Shown here in pieces: positions 10,731-23,446 of a stretch of DNA of 49,767 nt (positions are counted from its first letter, which is position 1; every line of letters starts with the position of its first letter). Location of the stretch: contig NC_057719.1 in assembly GCF_004010195.1 (NCBI RefSeq), forward strand, positions 83,596,147 through 83,645,913. The letters run 5' to 3'. The notes under the pieces are model-generated. The model was given only the letters and a program-made list of their open reading frames with translations, searched no databases and was not told where the DNA came from. Origin of the DNA: Chiloscyllium plagiosum. Its lineage: Eukaryota. Made by a program: the position numbers and the translations under genes.

Positions 10731-12084
10731 AATGGCCTAAAGCAATTTCATAGCCCATTTTGGACCCTGAATGTTTTTGATTTCCATTAAAATTTGTCAA
10801 GTTCATATTGCAATTGGTTTATATTTCAATACCAAACAACAATGACCCAATTGCTATTTTGGAAGTTTCCATAAGAATTCACTCAAAACCCAGAAGTGTA
10901 ATAATGTTATTATTAACCAGGCTTTAACTGGGTATCAGAGTGAGCTTTGTCTTTAATGCAATAGAAATACTGATTCCTTAGCTGTAACCAGACTGTCCTT
11001 TGCTTCCATTATCAAACCCTCTCATTACTTCTGGGTCATTCAGAATACAAACAGCCTACCTCTTCCTCAGTTCTCACTGTTTCTGCTTGGCTTCCATTGC
11101 CACTGTTCAAATTTCTCCAATCTGCTTCCTCACATATTTGTGAGGTTGTCCTTTTCACTGATGCCATCTGGAATGACTCTACTCAGAGCTAATTGTCTGT
11201 TTGTATGTCCTTTAACCCCCTTCTTTCCTTTATCATCTTGGGCAACTTGATAGCCCTGATTGCACTCATCTCTGCAATACAGTCCTTGGACATCTATCCA
11301 CCTATCCTGCCCAGCTGTCTACAATGTACCTTTGTTCTCTATCCTAAATTCCTACTATGTAGGAGCCAATTCACCAAAGTATCGTCCACGTTTACAGAGC
11401 TGGCCTTCCAATTTATATGGATGACAGTAGATCATTGCCACTGCAACCATCAGCAATTCCAAGGTTCTGGTGTTTCAATATGAATGCCAAGGCTGCTCTG
11501 TGCTGCCATATCACCAGGTTTATGACCCTAAATCTCCCTGGTTGCCTGCTCAAGTGGGTTCAGCCCCCAGTTGACCTTTCCATCCCACATCCAGTTAAAT
11601 TCACAGTTTCCACCTCAGGACCCTTGCCTGGCCACATGGTAATGTGGCTGGGTGCTGATGTTAGTTGGCTTGGTTGGGTGGCTTGGTTGGATGGCAATGC
11701 TGGGTGGTTTGGGTGGGTGTTGATGCTGAGTCTTTGGTCGAGAAACTGAGCGGCACCTAATGGGAATGCTTCCTGAAATGTCCACTTTTTCTTTGAGAGA
11801 AGTATCTGTAAACAGTCGGACTGAACAGGGCCAGTTGATCTGAAGCCCACATAGACTCATATTGTAGGAAACTGTTGAGATTCCCGAGGCTGTAAAAGAT
11901 AATCCGATCCAGACTGGAAGGGATCACTGAGACCACCAATGCTGAAGCTCACTGACACCCTTCGGTTTGTGGGAGAGAGAGATGTCATTTCAAAATCAAT
12001 TTGGTCCAGTTGTTCAACATGTTTTTATTCCCATACATACCCCAAGTTAAACAATTACACTGGAACTTTTCCAATCAGTGTGGA

Positions 12085-13568
12085 TTTCTTTTATTCAATT
12101 ATAGGACATGGGCATTACTGGCTGGGCCAGTATCTATTTTCCATCTCTAGTTACCCTCAAGAAAGTGGTGGTGAGCTGCCTTCTTGAAACGCTGTTATCC
12201 ATGTCCTTTGCATTGACCCACAATGTCTTTAGGGAGGGAATTCCAGGATTATGACCAAGTAAGTCAGGATAGTGAATGGCTTGGAGGGGGACTTGAAGGT
12301 GGTGGTGTTTCCATTTATCTGCTGCCCTTATCCTTCGAAATGGAAGTGGTTATGAATTTGGAAGGTGCTGTCTGAGGATCTTTGGTGAATTTCTGCAGTG
12401 TATCTTGGTAGAGAGTACACACTGTTGCTACAGAGCATCGGTGGTGGAGGGAATGGATGCCTGTGGATGTGGTGCTGATTAAGCAGGCTGCTTTGTCCTG
12501 TTGGAGCTGCACCCATCCAGGCAAGTGTATTTGTGTATTCCATCACACTCCTGACTTGTAACTTGTAGGCTTTGGAGAGTCAGGAGGTGAGTTACTCACT
12601 ACTGTAATCCTAGCCTCTGACCTGCTCTTGTAGCCACTGTGTCTTTGTGGTGAGTCCAGTTGAGTTTCTGGTCAACAGTAACCCCAAGGATGTTGATAAT
12701 GGGGAACCCAGTGATGTCAATACAATGTGAAGGAGCAGTAGTTAGATGATCTCTCATTGGAGATGGTCATAGCCTGGCATTTATCTGGTGTGACTGTTAA
12801 ATGCCACTTACCAGCTCAAACCTGGATATTGTCCAGATTTTGTTGTATTTGAACGTGGACTGCTTCAGTATCTGAGGTGTCACAAATACTGCTGAATATT
12901 GTACAATCATTGGCAAACATCCCCACTTCTGACCTGATGATAGAGGAAAGGTCATTGATGAAGCAGCTGAAGATGGTTGGCCCTTGGACATTCCCATGAG
13001 GAACTCCTGCAGAGATGTCCTGGAGCAGAGGTGACTGACCTCCAACAACTACAGCTATCTTCTTAGGTGACTGGTATGACTCCAACCAGCAGAAACTTTG
13101 CCTCCAGTTTTGCTAGGAGAAATTTATAAAATCATGAGGGGCATGGATTGGGTGAATTGCCCAGGAAAGGGGAGTCCAAAACTAGAGGTCACATGTTTAA
13201 GGTAAGAGGGGAAACATTTAAAAAGGGAATTAAAGGGCATTTTTTTCACACAGAGGGTGGTGCATGTGTGGAATGAGCTGCCAGAGGAAGTGCTGGAGGC
13301 TGGTACAATTACAACACTTAAATGGCATCTGGATGGGTATATGAAATGGAAGGGTTTAGAGGGATATGGGCCAAATGCTGGCAAATGGAACTAGATATCA
13401 GGTTGTCATGAACAAGTTGGAATCAAGGGTCTGTTCCCATGCTACACTATGACTCTATAACTCTATGACTACCTGGTACCACACTCGGTCAAATGCAGCC
13501 TTGATGTCAAGGGCTGCCATTCTCACCTCACCTTTGGAATTCAGCTCGTTTGTCCAATTTTGAACCCT
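12085..13568 (-). mobile_element. Second CR1/L2-clade LINE (RT plus 3' tail), interrupted by a CR1 insertion
   Basis: Minus-strand QDISAGVPHG..GPTIFSCFINDLSSIIRSEVGMFANDCTIF; tail ggcccagccag...cccat; same family as 19860-22398. Confidence 0.85.
13120..13470 (+). mobile_element. CR1/HER1 3' end nested in the second LINE
   Basis: tttataaaatcatgaggggcatggat...ggaatgagctgccagaggaag...tail gactctataactctatgact. Confidence 0.88.
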
Positions 13569-13597
13569 CATTTGTAAATTTACCCTTCTGAGTATGT

Positions 13598-13743
13598 GAC
13601 GGGTATACGAATAGGAAGGGTTTGGAGGGATGCGGGCTGGAGGGATGCAGGTGGGACCAGATTGGGTTGGGATATCTGGTCGGCATGGACGGGTTGGACC
13701 GAAGGGTCTGTTTCCATGCTGTACATCTCTATGACTCTATGAC
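13598..13743 (+). mobile_element. Young CR1/HER1 3' tail
   Basis: Near-identical to 4655-4800. Confidence 0.85.
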
Positions 13744-13909
13744 TGTGTCTCTCATCCAGTGGGGAGATTCCCAGTGAGAGAAATGCTAATGAATGATGGT
13801 GGTAATTGTTCCTTCAATGTCCAAGTGCTTACAGTGGAGCTGCTAAACTGTTTAATTGACACCTGTTCATGCGAGGCTAGTTAATGTTTCCCATTCTTGG
13901 TGTTGCAAG

Positions 13910-14260
13910 ATCTTGCAGTTCCTCGGCACCTTTCACCACTTCAGTGCTTTGCAATCAAGGGACAGCTTTGGATGCGACATTATGTAAAACAAAATGGAGC
14001 AGCTAACTAACAGATCAGAGAAACAGCAGATGACATCTGCTTCTTAGTGATGTTGGTCCTGGGAGAGGTGTTGGCCACAACACCAGGGTGACCTCCCCTA
14101 TTCTTATTCCTATGACTGGAATGAGATATTTTACACCAGTACAGCATGATAGACTAGGCCTTGGCTTAAAGTCTTATCTAAAAGACAATATGTCTGACAC
14201 TGCAGCACTCCTTCTCTCCCCCACTCGGACTTCCATAGAGAGCCAGCTGAATTTTATTCT
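13910..14260 (-). mobile_element. Deu-SINE (SacSINE1/AmnSINE1-like)
   Basis: Reverse complement ggagtgctgcagtgtcaga..gtcttttagataagactttaagccaaggcc...ccctggtgttgtggccaacacc...accaacatcactaa matches the recalled Deu core. Confidence 0.6.
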
Positions 14261-15159
14261 CTGGTATCTCATGCTCCTTATCTAGCGTGAGCATCCATCG
14301 AAGGTCTATCCCCATGTGCCTTGGAGGTGCCCACTCACCTACCCACCACTGTGAGTTGAGCTTACACGTTCGCTTTAGAGTCCACTGCAGGCACAGATTT
14401 TGGACAGTTGAGGGGCCTAGAAACTGAACTGGGGGCACCCTCGGTCCTGCACCCTCAACACTACTCACTGGGAAGAAACTAAGCAGCTTCTGTGATCCAC
14501 AGGGAAGAGAGTGGGTAGGTTCAGGTCTTGTGTCACAGCACCACCAAAGGAGAGAGTAGGGCACTGCAGTGAACTGTGCACCATGAAGCGTTACATGATC
14601 AGGTCCGAAAATAGCAGGTCCCCAGGGGCTAGATGCACTTCCTCCTCTTTGGTCTGGCCACCTCATACCTACACAGTCACTCTCCTTTCGGAGCCCAGGG
14701 ATCGCCTCAGGGGAATCGGGAGAGTGCAAGAGAGGAGGGGGCAGCACACTACCATGTCACAGCAAGTGAGGTACTGACCAGGAGTCTCAGAGTCATCGCA
14801 GTCCCCTCACTGTCCATGGCTGACCCAGAATTTTTTTTTAAAAAGAGGAAACTGCAAACAAAACACGAGGTACTTTTTAATTTTCTGTAAATATCAGTGT
14901 GATGCAACCCCCCATATCTAAAATTAGAACCTGTCTTGTTCCTGCAGCCTCCACCTCGACTGAACTTTGCATTGTAATCTCAGTAAGGGCCAGTGATGCA
15001 CTTCAAACACCCATGAGGTGTTTACATTGAGAAAAGAGCCTTCACATTTCATTTAGTTCTTGCCCTGCAAACCCACCTTCCCCCACCCCCAAGACCCCCT
15101 ACCCCGTTCTCTTCCATTTCCTGAAGGCTTCGGTGCATTTCCCAGTACCACTGCCTATT

Positions 15160-15480
15160 TTGTGTGTGTGTGTATATGTATATGTGTGTGTGTGTGCACA
15201 TGTGACAGAGTGGGTGTACCTGTGTGTGTGTAAGTGTGTCTAAGTGTACATATACGTGTGCAAGTGTGTGTGTGTAAGTATGTGGATATGTGCATCTATC
15301 TGCATGTGCATGCATCTGTCTTTCGACATGGACGCATGCGTGTGTGTATGTGTGTGCACATGTGTCTGTGTTTGTGTGTGTGTAAGTGTTGTGTGTATCT
15401 GTGTGCAGGTATGTGTGCATGACTGTATGTGTCTGTGCACGTGTGCATGACTGTGCATATAAGTGTGCACATGTGTGTAA
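15160..15480. repeat. Imperfect (TG)n/(TGCA) microsatellite
   Basis: Alternating purine-pyrimidine tract of ~320 bp. Confidence 0.9.
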
Positions 15481-16872
15481 ACAGATAGGCAGTTCCACTG
15501 TGCAAGCATCGTTGTCATTGCTTGATCAACATGGTCAACATTCCCAAACAGGGTTAAGAGACTGGGGGGGTAGGGAGTGGTGGAGGAAGTTGCAAGGTGG
15601 GAGTTTAAAGACTCAAGATGGCAATCAAGAGAAACAGCCCCAACAGCCCATACCTCAACTGTGTTACGCCCAGGGGCATTGAGTTCAGTCATAGTGACCT
15701 GACTGCTGCTGAGTGGCTGTGGCTCAGCACTGAAACGTTGTAGGAGAAAGTGAGGACTGCAGATGCTGGAGGTCATTATACTTTGTTTGATTCAGTCTCA
15801 CACTGGGCATTCTTCCTTCCCACAGTTAGCTGCCCGGGAGAGAGGCAGGAGGTAGCTCTATCTGGGGCATTGAACCAAGTGAGATGCAGGACCACTGGGA
15901 AACCAGGAAGCAGAATAGCTGGGGACAAGTGCTGGACTGAGAACATTGGCTGTTGTGTACTGGAACTCCAATAGCGACCACAGCTACTTGCATCAAGTAG
16001 CTGAATGAAATGTTGCTAATCGTTAAATTGTCAATAGTTGCTGATAGCTTTTCCATATTATCCCTTGCGGATCTTTTCAATGTATTGGTTATTCAGGCTG
16101 TCGGAGTCCCGATTTACTCAGCAGGGTAAAGATTATTCACAGTCTAACTGTGCAGGGCCTCTGTTTATTCGGCAGGGTGAAGGCTATACAGCTACACTGA
16201 GTCCCCAGGCCGGATTTACAAAGGGCCATGCAGTGGGAGCTGGGTCTGGTGTTGGGGGATATTTAATATGTCCCGAGAAGGTGTCAGCTTGGATCCTGAG
16301 ACCTCCTCCAGGGTAGTTTTATCTTTTCCGAGGGCCTGGCAGAGGAGACGGTGTGGGATTGAGTGCTACCCACCAATCAGTGAGCCTTTCATGAACTGGT
16401 TTAAGGGCCTTGCTTTTGTCACAGCAATTCTGAATCTGTAACTGGTGAATCCAAATGGGTCTGGCGCGCTCAAAAGCACAGAGGTTTGCTAGGCCATGGA
16501 AAACAATTTACATATGACCGTTACTTAATTGTCCTGCTGTCTACTGCAACCTTGTCTAAATGACCTCTCCTTTTTACTGGGCATGTGGCTGCTCCTCCTG
16601 CGTCTCTTCTGTCCTCCTCACTTTGATGTCGGCACCAGGCAGACTCCTCTTGCCAGTGGTCAGCATCTTGGATGGGGTGTCACGCGGCCCTCCCAGCTCA
16701 TTAGGCTGTTTCCATTGAACGTGTGGCACCATGAGAGCAATAGAGCTCGGCTGAGGACTGGCTGTTCATGCGGGTGTCAGATTCTCGACCCTACTTATTC
16801 TGTCACGGTTAACGTTACTCACATTGTAACTGTACCGAGGATCTGTTTGTACAGCAGGGTAAGGGTTATTTC

Positions 16873-17204
16873 AATCAGAATCCTGACCAGTACTGGAAGA
16901 GGCCATTTGGCCCCATGAGTCTGCACTAGCCCTCTGAAGAGAATCCCACCCAGACCAACCCCCCCCAAATCTTTGTAACACTGCAGTTCTCATGGCTTAC
17001 CCACCTAGCCTGCACAACCCTGGACACTATGGGCAATTTAGCATGACCAATCCGCCTAAACTGCACATCTTTGGACTGTGGGAAGAAACCTGAGCACCTG
17101 GAGGAAGCTCACAGAGACACTGGAAGAATGTGCAAGAGGCTGGAATTGAACCTGGGTCCCTGGTGCTGTGAGGCAGCAGTGCTGACCACTGAGCCACCGT
17201 GCCA
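16873..17204 (-). mobile_element. HE1 SINE
   Basis: Full head (ccactgagccaccgtgcc on +) through the V-core to the tail. Confidence 0.85.
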
Positions 17205-17314
17205 TTTATACCACACGCTGTGCAACTGTGCAGAGTCCCTGTGCATTTAGTCATGGTTAAAGTTACTCTCTAACAGTACAAAGTGTACAGTTATGTACAA
17301 ACACAGGAAACGGT

Positions 17315-17628
17315 GGGCGGCACGGTGGCACAGTGGTTAGCACTGCAGCCTCACAGTGCCAGAGACCCGGGTTCAATTCCCGCCTCAGGCGACTGACTGT
17401 GTGGAGTTTGCACATTCTCCCCGTGTCTGCGTGGGTTTCCTCCGGGTGCTCCGGTTTCCTCCCACAATCCAAAAAAGTGCAGGTTAGGTGAATTGGCCAT
17501 GCTAAATTGCCCGTAGTGTTAGGTAAGGGGTAAATGTAGGAGAATGGGTCTGGGTGGGTTACGCTTCGGCGGGTCGGTGTGGACTTGTTGGGCCGAAGGG
17601 CCTGTTTCCACACTGTAGGTAATCTAAT
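17315..17628 (+). mobile_element. Full-length young HE1 V-SINE
   Basis: gggcggcacggtggcacagtggttagc (A box), ggttcaattccc (B box), V-core, CR1-derived tail gggccgaagggcctgtttccacactgt...aatctaat; CpGs retained. Confidence 0.92.
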
Positions 17629-17634
17629 TCAAAC

Positions 17635-17835
17635 AGGAGCAGCAGTAGGCCATTCTGCCCTTCATGCCTGCTCCGCCATTCAATATGGCCATGGCTGATC
17701 ATCCAACCCTGTTCCTGCTTTCTCCCCATACCCTTTGATCCTTTTAGCCCAAAAAGCTACATTGAACTCTTTCTTGAAAACGTTCAATGTTGTGGGCCAC
17801 CACCACACTCCATGACGGAGAATTCCACAGGCATT
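17635..17835 (-). mobile_element. CR1 3' end
   Basis: aggagc..gtaggccattc..cctgctccgccattcaat...ttctccccataccc; minus-strand FKKEFNVAF..KRIKGYGEKAG. Confidence 0.75.
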
Positions 17836-18780
17836 AGGCAGCATCAGCATCTCTACCCAGTTATATATGGGGGACCTTCCCAATGTTAGGCAAATGTGGA
17901 TAACCTGTGCACCACAGAAAAACATTGCAGGTAAGGATTATCCACAATGTAACTCTACTCAGCCCCTGTTACTTCAACGGGGCAGGCATTACTCACCGTA
18001 TAAATGTGCAGAGTCCGCAGGGTAAATGTTACTCCTCAAGGCAGAAAGTGCTAATTGTGCATAACTGTACAAGAGTGTTGGTTCGAGGTAAGTGTTACTC
18101 ATGATGTAACTGTACAGAGTGGGTGTTTATTCAGCTGGGTAAGTGTTACTCACTGTATAACAGTTTATTTGGGTTTTTTTTCCTCTGGTATGATTCAATC
18201 TGCCTGTTGTCAGTCTCACATTTTCACAGTGGGCCCTGCAATGTTAAAACCCTGAACCACCAGACCACAGCCACAGAAAGCATTAGTGTGATTTATTGAT
18301 TTACAGAAATGGGATTCACTCACCACCACCATTGGGGTGCTCTTCCAGAACAAAACACTGATGAGGTTAAACAGCCCCTGTGGCAGGGCACTGGAGCAAA
18401 AACATAGCCGAATGGTTAACGGAAACTTATCAAAAGACAAATCAACAGAAACTTACTAAACTGAAATACCGTTATGTGGATGATGATACAACCCAGCCTC
18501 TGCAGTACCCGCTGGTCCATGAAGGTCTGTACTGTGTCAATAGATATCCGAGTGTAGGTATAACCATAACAGAGGGGCAGACAGTCATCCCCTCCACTGC
18601 CTGCTGCCTGGACCCACAGGTGGCAACATTTGCACCATCAGGCATCTAAACTGTTTCAGATTGGTCTGAAATGCAGGTTCAAACTGCTGACAGTCCACTG
18701 GGTCCACAGAATCTAACCCCCAGCATGTATCTTTGATGTCATTCATTTATACAGCTCACACGTTTAACAAAATCTGTTCT

Positions 18781-19100
18781 AGAGTCATAGAGATGTACAG
18801 CAAGGAAACAGACCCTTCGGTCCAACTTGTCCATGCCTACCAGATATCCCAATCTAATCTAGTCCCATTTGCCAGCACTTGGCCGATATCCCTCCAAACC
18901 CTTCCTATTCATATACCCATCCAGATGCCTTTTAATTGCTGTGATTGTACCAGCCTCCACCACATACACTGGCAGCTCATTCCATACACGCATCACCCTC
19001 TGCGTAAAAAGGTTGCCCCTTAGGTCCCTTTCAAATTTTTCCCCTCTCTCCTTAAACCTGTGCCCTCTAGTTCTGGACTCCCCTACCCCAGGGAAAGGGA
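18781..19100 (-). mobile_element. Young CR1/HER1 3' end
   Basis: agagtcatagagatgtacagc...; near-identical to the reverse complement of 4612-4800. Confidence 0.9.
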
Positions 19101-21792
19101 CCTTGGCTCTTTTGCAAATGTTTGCTTCAATTGGGCCATATTATCCTGGGAGGCGGGGGTGGGTGGGGAGTCCTTTTGGCAGCAGGGATAGCGAACGAGT
19201 GGGCCCAACAGCCAATGCTCTGAAAACAGACAGTGGTGTTGTCGTGAGTCAGTTAACAACACTCAGCTGGTGGGCTGCAGGACCTCAAGGTTACATCGAC
19301 GATGAGGGACGACTCTAGTTGGACTAGAAGAAGGTGATGTGAGGCAGAGGAGACTGGCCTTGAGTAGATCCAACTGCTCTCACAACACCTTGCAACTCCA
19401 GCTTTGTGGGAGTAGGGTTTGGGGGTGGGGGCGGTGGGGTGTGAGGTTTGCTCATGGAATGCAATTGACCCATCACCTCTGGACCGGCACCCCACAACTA
19501 ACCCAGATACGATAAGGTCAGGCTTGGGCTCAGATGATACGAAGCCTCCCACAGTCAAATAGGTGGTTCAGTCACATAGAGAATATGCTCCATGGCAACT
19601 GTGGAACCTCTGGCCTAAAAGGAACCAGTGCCTTCGGGAGAAAGGAACAATTAAAAACAACTGGATTTAAGTATCAGTGGACGTGGCTTATGTCAAGCAG
19701 GGTGGTTCGTATCCGAGAGTAAATGGTTTTAAGAACTCACTTCTCCACCCAGTCCCCACTGGTCAGCTAACAGCTTCATCCACCTGCTTGCTCTGCATCT
19801 GAGTCAAGGCTCTAGAGACAAAAAAAAAGACAATTTTCTATCTCACCACACCTTATCATAGGTCACCATTCCCATCAGACGCCGTGAAGGTGCAGGCACA
19901 GTGCTATATAAGGTTGAGAGGGAGTTGTCCTGGGAGTCCTCAACATTGACACCAATACTGTGAAGGTCAAACAAGAGCAAGGAAACCACCCAACCTCATT
20001 CTCGGCTGATCACACTACTCCTCCATGTTGAACACCTTTCAAGAGAAACACTGAGGGTGGTAAGGATACAGAATGAACACTGGGTGGGGATTCCCACTAC
20101 TGATTGGGTCCTAAAGGACATAGCTGTAAGCTAGCTCTGCGGCAGATAGTGAGGGAACCAACAAGATGGAGAAACGTACTTGACGCCATCCTTATCTACC
20201 TGCCACTTGCAGATGCATCTGTCCATGACAGTATCAGTAAGAGCGACCACCCCACGGTCCTTGTGGAGGCAAAGTCCTACCTTCACATTGAGAATACACT
20301 CCATCATGTTGTGTGGCAGTATCACTGTGCAAAATGAGACAGAGTTCAAGCCAATCACTAACATCAAGGTCAGGGGGCCAACCCTAGGTCAAATGGAGAG
20401 TGCAGGAGGGCATACCAGAAACACACCAGGCATACCTGAAAATGAGGTGTCAACCTGGGTGAAGCTACAACACAGGACTATGTACAGTGGAAGCGTGATA
20501 CAATTGACACAGCTAAGAGATCCCACAGTCAACTGATCATATCAAAGAACTGGAGTCCTGCCAAATTCAGTCACAAATGGTGGTGAACAATCAAACAACT
20601 CACTGGAGGAAAAGAATCCACAAATATCCCCATCCTCCATGAAGGAAGAGCCTAGCACATCAGTGTAAAAGATGAGGCTGAAGCATTTACATCTACCGTC
20701 TGCTAGAAATGCCAAGAGGATGATTCTGCAGAGGTCCCCACCTTCGCAGATGTCTACCAATTCATTCAACTCCACGTGATATCAGTCTGGAAGAATTGGA
20801 TTCTGTAAAACTCCCGACAGCATTCCTGTGATAGGACTGAAGAGTTGGCGCTCCAGACATTGCCACACCCTCGTCAAGCTGCTCCAGTACAGCTACAATA
20901 CTGGCATCTAACCAACAATGTAGGAAATCACCCAGATATGTTCTGTCCAAAAAAAAGAGAATTCCAGCAAGAAATTAACCATCCCTTATGCTGATCATTA
21001 ACAATGCGATGGAAGGGGTCACTGACACTGCTACCCAGCAGCACCACCTCAGCCATAACCTGCTCAGTGACTCCCAGTTTGGGTTCTGCCAGGGACACTC
21101 AGCTCCTGACCTCATTACAGCCTTGGTTCAAAAGAGCTGATTTCTAGGGGTGAAGTGAGAGTGACTGCCCTTGACATCAAGATCAATTTGGCTGAGCGTG
21201 GCATCAAGAGCCCTAACAAAACTGGAGTCAATGAATATCTCTGCTGATTGGAGTCATACCTGACCCAGAGGAAGATGGTTGTGGTTGTTGGAGGGTCAGT
21301 CACCTCAGCTCCAGGACATCTCTGCAGGAGTTCCTCAGGGGAGTGTCCTACGCCCAACCATCTTCAGCTGCTTCATCAGTGACCTTCCCTCCATCATAAG
21401 GTCAGAAATGGGGATGTTCGCCGATGATTGTGCGATCTTCAGCAGCATTTGCTACTCCTCAGATACTGATACATTCCATATAAATGCAGTGAGACCTGGA
21501 CGCTATCCAGCCTTGAGCTGACGAGTGGCAAGTAACAAGTGCCAGGTAATGATAATCTCCAGCAAGAGTGAAGTTAACCATTGCCCTTGATATATAATGC
21601 TGAACCATCACTGACTCTCCCATTATCAACACCCTTGGGGTTACCATTGACCAAAAATAAGCTGGACTAGCCATGTAAATACAGTGGCTACAAGAGCAGG
21701 TCAGAAGCTAGGGTTTCTGTAATTAACTCACCTCCTGACACCCCAGAGCCTGTCCACCATTAAGGCGCAAGTCAGGAGTGTGATGGAATATT

Positions 21793-21888
21793 GTTGAAAC
21801 TTTATTGCTGGAACAGCACAGCAGGTCAGGCAGCATCCAGGGAACAGGAGATTCGACGTTTCGGGCACAGGCCCTTCTTCAGGAATCC
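21793..21888 (-). mobile_element. 96-bp Penelope-like terminal insertion with 14-bp TSD
   Basis: TSD tgtgatggaatatt at 21779-21792 and 21889-21902; insert homologous to the 5412-5620 arms. Confidence 0.88.
21849..21888 (-). ncRNA. Minimal type I hammerhead ribozyme motif
   Basis: Minus strand reads GGAUUC-CUGAAGA-A-GGGC-cugu-GCCC-GAAA-C-GUC-GAAUCU: intact core, 4-bp helix II, 6-bp helix I, palindromic ACGU helix III. Confidence 0.7.
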
Positions 21889-23125
21889 TGTGATGGAATA
21901 TTCCCCACTTGCCCTGGATGGGTTCCAGCAATACTTGAGAAGCTTGACACAATCCAGGACAAAGCAAACCAGTTTTTGAGACCACTGTCAACATTGACTT
22001 CTTTCACCACTGATGTTCAATAGCAGCAGTGTATACCATCCACGTGATACAGTGCAGAAATTCGCTAAAGATCCTAAAACAGGCCCCTTCCAAACCCACG
22101 GCCACTTCCACCTAGAAGGACAAAGGTAGCAGATATGTGGGAACACCTTCACCTGCGAGTTTCCCTCCAAGCCACTCGCCATCCTGACTTGGAAATGTAC
22201 TACCGTCCCTTCATTATCCCTGGTTCAAAATCCCAGCATTCCCTCCCTGGCAGCACTGTGGATGTCCCTGCATTCCCAGGACTACAGCATTTCAGGAAAG
22301 TGGTTCACCACGACATTCTCCAGAGCAATTGAAGGAGAGGAAATAAATATTGGCCCAGCCAGTGACACCCATATCCCATGACCGAATAAAAACCAAAATC
22401 CATCAATGCACCAGAATGTTCTACAGGAGTTCCTGGGAACTTTGCACTAACAGTTGCTTGTTGCGTGTGCTACCACGCCTACCATGAGGCATTTCTGGTG
22501 AAGCATGTGCCTCCTAAATAGTTCTCCTCCTTTCATAAGAGAATATGACAACAAGCAACCCAATTCCATTACAAAGGCCCAGATGCCGAAATGGTCTTTC
22601 TCATTGGGGTCCCTAATGATCTAAGCCCTTGTTTGAAAGCAGTCTTGATGGTCAGTCTGCCCTTATTAAAAGGGACCCCAATGAGAACTCATCCCACAAA
22701 TGGAGTTCTGATGGTGAGATTCTATTTTGGAATGATTCCTGATGTTTGGACAATTGAGGGTCAATCTACAAGGATTCCAATGGTAATGTTCACTGGTGTG
22801 GGCTTTCAATTGGACAGTATTGGCTCCAGTTTGGCCCTGCAATGTATGTTGGCTCCAGTCGCACCATCAGGACCCTCTGGAAAAATGTCCAAGACCGAAG
22901 CTCTTTCACCATTCAACAGAATGGTGACAGGACCTCACCAGTCCACGAGCAAAGTGTGCCTGAGGCCACGGCTATCCCTCATCACCTCTTCAGTAAAAGA
23001 AAAACAATGCACACTCTGGGGTAGGTGGGCCATCTGAGCAGGAGCAGCCACTGGAGAACTACAACTGAGCACGAGGGCCGGGGACCAGGAACAGCAGTCA
23101 AGTCAGTCTGCATTGACATTCCACA

Positions 23126-23446
23126 GGGGCGGCACGATGGCACAGTGGTTAGCACTGCCACCTCATGGCGCCAGGGTCCCAGGTTCGATTGTCTGTGTCT
23201 CCACACTGTCTGTGTGGAGTTTGCATATTCTCCTCGTGTCTGCGAGGGTTTCCTCCAGGTGCTCCGGTTTCCTCCCACAGTCCAAAGATGGGCAGGTCAG
23301 GTAAATTGCCCATAGTGTTAGGTGCATTGGTCAGAGGGAAATGGGCCTGGGTGGATTACTCTTTGGAGGGTCGGTGTGGACTGGTTGGGCCGAAGGGCCT
23401 GTTTCCACACTATAGGGAACCTAACCTAATCTAATCTGATCTGATC
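23126..23446 (+). mobile_element. Full-length HE1 SINE
   Basis: A/B boxes, V-core, tail aacctaatctaatctgatctgat. Confidence 0.9.

Larger units (their letters stand above)
19860..22398 (+). mobile_element. CR1/L2-clade LINE, ~2.5 kb, decayed ORF2 (APE endonuclease plus RT) and 3' tail
   Basis: LRQIVREPTR..LDAIL..SDHPTVLVE (endonuclease), QDISAGVPQGSVLRPTIFSCFISDLP..MFADDC (RT), tail ggcccagccagtgacacccatatcccatgaccgaataaaaa. Confidence 0.88.

Noticed and set aside
15743..15771. 29-bp Penelope-like end (ggagaaagtgaggactgcagatgctggag)
   Set aside because: Exact match to the start of 5412-5620, but too short and lacks the ribozyme and a clear TSD.
15049..15776. His/Thr- and Cys/Val-rich ORFs
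   Set aside because: Translations of a TG microsatellite; the same applies to 23464-23790 and 48189-48633.
17315..17390. tRNA-like sequence with A and B boxes
   Set aside because: It is the head of an HE1 SINE and continues into the V-core; not a tRNA gene.
22591..23037. 148-aa ORF in apparently unique sequence
   Set aside because: No recognisable domain or exon structure; could be a decayed element but I cannot support any call.
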